In this document: in pieces, positions 62,116 through 64,000 of the stretch
Layout: every line of letters begins with the position of its first letter
Position numbering within the stretch: the first letter of the stretch is position 1
DNA from: Glycera tridactyla
Taxonomy: Eukaryota
DNA: 64,000 nt
NCBI GenBank assembly: GCA_965644265.1
Contig: OZ286468.1
Location: forward strand, 70,866,001-70,930,000
Direction: 5' to 3'
Translations under genes and position numbers: made by a program
The notes under the pieces: generated by a model
What the model saw: only the letters and a program-made list of their open reading frames with translations
What the model was told of the DNA's origin: nothing
Databases searched by the model: none

Positions 62116-62221
62116 CACAATGCCGCAACATGCTAGGAATGCAGTCGTATGAAATACCAGATAGCGCCATCACAGCAAGTTCATCCTATGACATGGAGAG
62201 TGTGGGTCCTTCTAATGCAAG
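62116..62221 (+). CDS. DDR: Internal coding exon of a discoidin domain receptor (DDR)-like receptor tyrosine kinase, N-terminal part of the discoidin/F5/8C domain
   Basis: Acceptor ...tcttcctgtgtttgttcacag| at 62115 and donor |gtaagg at 62222. The phase-1 start reads xQCRNMLGMQSYEIPDSAITASSSYDMESVGPSNAR and ends in phase 2 within the Arg codon. This matches the DDR motif C..LGM...IPDS.ITASSS....GP..AR and, from recollection, the phase1/phase2 ~103-nt exon of vertebrate DDR1/DDR2. No other DDR exon was found in the window. Confidence 0.85.
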
Positions 62222-64000
62222 GTAAGGCCCATTCGCCTATTGATTGATTGATTGATCTGATAAGATAATTGTATTTTCAAGTTCATTGGCCCGACATATT
62301 TGGCACCATTCATATGAATCGTGTCACTCCAAAAGAAGCATCACTTAATACTGATGGGCTCCTGCGGCAGGTAGATTTTCTGGGTTGAATGGTAGACTTA
62401 CATTGCACACCTAATCCACATATTATGTTGCTTGATTTTTCTCCAACCGATGATTTTGAGAAATTTCCCAGTGAAAAAGATTAGCTGCATACATCAGTGG
62501 GAGATTTGACTATGTCATCTACCATTTGGCTGAAGGAAAAAGCTAGCCAATTTGGCTAATGAGAATGAGATTCTCAGTCCTGGCTCAGTGTGGACATTGC
62601 TGGATGGAAGTCTTGCTGGATGACAGAGCCTGGTGTGTTCTAAACTTGGCCCCAGGATAAAGCCGAAGGTCTGTTTACTGTTAGCAGAGAAAGACGTAGC
62701 TAATTGTGTTCGAAGCTGACAAGACTGCAAATGGAAGAGACTGGTTACCTGTCATGTCAGCCGGGATGGGGAACCAGTCAATGCCACACTCAATCTAGAC
62801 GGGACTCCCATTAGCAAAGGTTCAGTTACGAATTCTAGCCACCGAATCTGTTTGAGAGTTCGAAGGATCAGAAGTCTTCACTTTCAAATTCATCTCAGAT
62901 ATCTCTTTTATCAGCAATATCTTTTTCCACCAGCTCTGTTTCACCTTTTTCATGGAAGAATTGAGTCCCACCTGAGGAATCGGTGATGATTATAACCTGG
63001 GGTTTCGGTGTGCTTGTGTGTACAATGCTTTACAGAGTTTGTAAACTGAGCAGCATAGAACAAAGCCCTTGTTCCTTTGTATGAATGGCCCTTGAGCATT
63101 ATTGTTCCTAATATTATGAGCCGATCTAAGTTTACCAACTCAGACATCAGACCCAATGACCTAATGCACCTGGAGTCAAACCTTTGTCAGGAGAGTTGTC
63201 CCTAGTGGTACCTGAGCTAGAAATATAATGGGTCATATGTCAGAACAAAGGGTCATCTCCTATTTATTCTTGATTGAGATGGAGAAGAATTGGACCTGTT
63301 GACCCATAGAAAGAGATAGTTTCGCCAAAAATGCAAAAAATGGGGACTGAGAGCCGAGCCCCAGCAATAATCTGACACTCTCAAACCATAGTATCAAATT
63401 AATCTCCAATTGACAATCATCATATTGTGCAGTTCAATAGTCATGCCATGATTTGTATCGTTTTGATTATCTTGTAATCATGTGATTATCATTTCTTATG
63501 CTATGTCTTCCCCTCATACCTGTTGTATGGGGTTGGAGGGAAGAGGTACATTTCAGTAGGATCCCCAGGAACCAGGGCAGGTGCTGCTTGAGTCATACAC
63601 CCATGTCAAAATCACAACTATAATCATGTAGTACATCTAGACTTAACACAAATGAGCCGAAGATTCGTACAGGTGCATATATTCCTCAAATTCTGCCCAA
63701 AGTGCATTTGAGGGCATGATGCACTTCTTGCTTGACTCTATTGAGAGATAGCCCCTGATCAATGAGCATTTCACTGAGTAGATTCATCAACCAAGTTGTA
63801 TGAGATACGGATTTTATTTTGATAATTTGGGTATGGTATTCTTCTTTCATCTCACAGCTCTTGAGTTGGGTATATTGGATTGAGATGTTCATGGTGATGA
63901 TCAATATTCAATGTGGGTTTGATGTAGTTCCTTCACTTCTCTCAAGTCATTATAGAATTGATATAAAGAGCCTTTCACCATCTGATTACATTCCATATAG

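Noticed and set aside
62600-62665. DDRAWCV as next DDR exon (GAWCP motif)
   Set aside because: It lacks the Gly and Pro, has an in-frame stop shortly after, and has no acceptor.
473-63904. Remaining 60-130 aa ORFs in the track
   Set aside because: Their lengths are as expected by chance in AT-rich DNA, many overlap repeats, and none shows a motif I recognise.

Overview
This is AT-rich, visibly CpG-depleted animal genomic DNA, probably from an invertebrate bilaterian (inference). No rRNA, intact tRNA or CRISPR array was seen, and there is one 151-N gap. The only host coding exon I can support is a 106-nt + strand exon at 62116-62221 encoding the start of a discoidin (F5/8C) domain of discoidin domain receptor (DDR) type. 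Most of the window therefore looks like the very long 5' intronic region of that gene. It is filled with transposon debris: many pogo/Tigger-like TA-flanked MITEs, two Helentron-type non-autonomous elements each carrying eight 145-bp tandem units, a 5'-truncated L2/CR1-group LINE, and a 5'-truncated Penelope-like element with a GIY-YIG ORF and a hammerhead ribozyme core. The most striking unexplained pattern is a set of + strand recursive-splice-like cassettes at 1970, 15421, 19473 and 37742. Each is a polypyrimidine tract plus YAG|GTRAG, followed 35-51 nt later by a near-perfect donor consensus whose +1 G is replaced by A (CAG|ATRAG). This suggests recursive splicing that uses splice-dead U1 sites for exon definition. 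All counts and alignments were done by eye and need computational confirmation.
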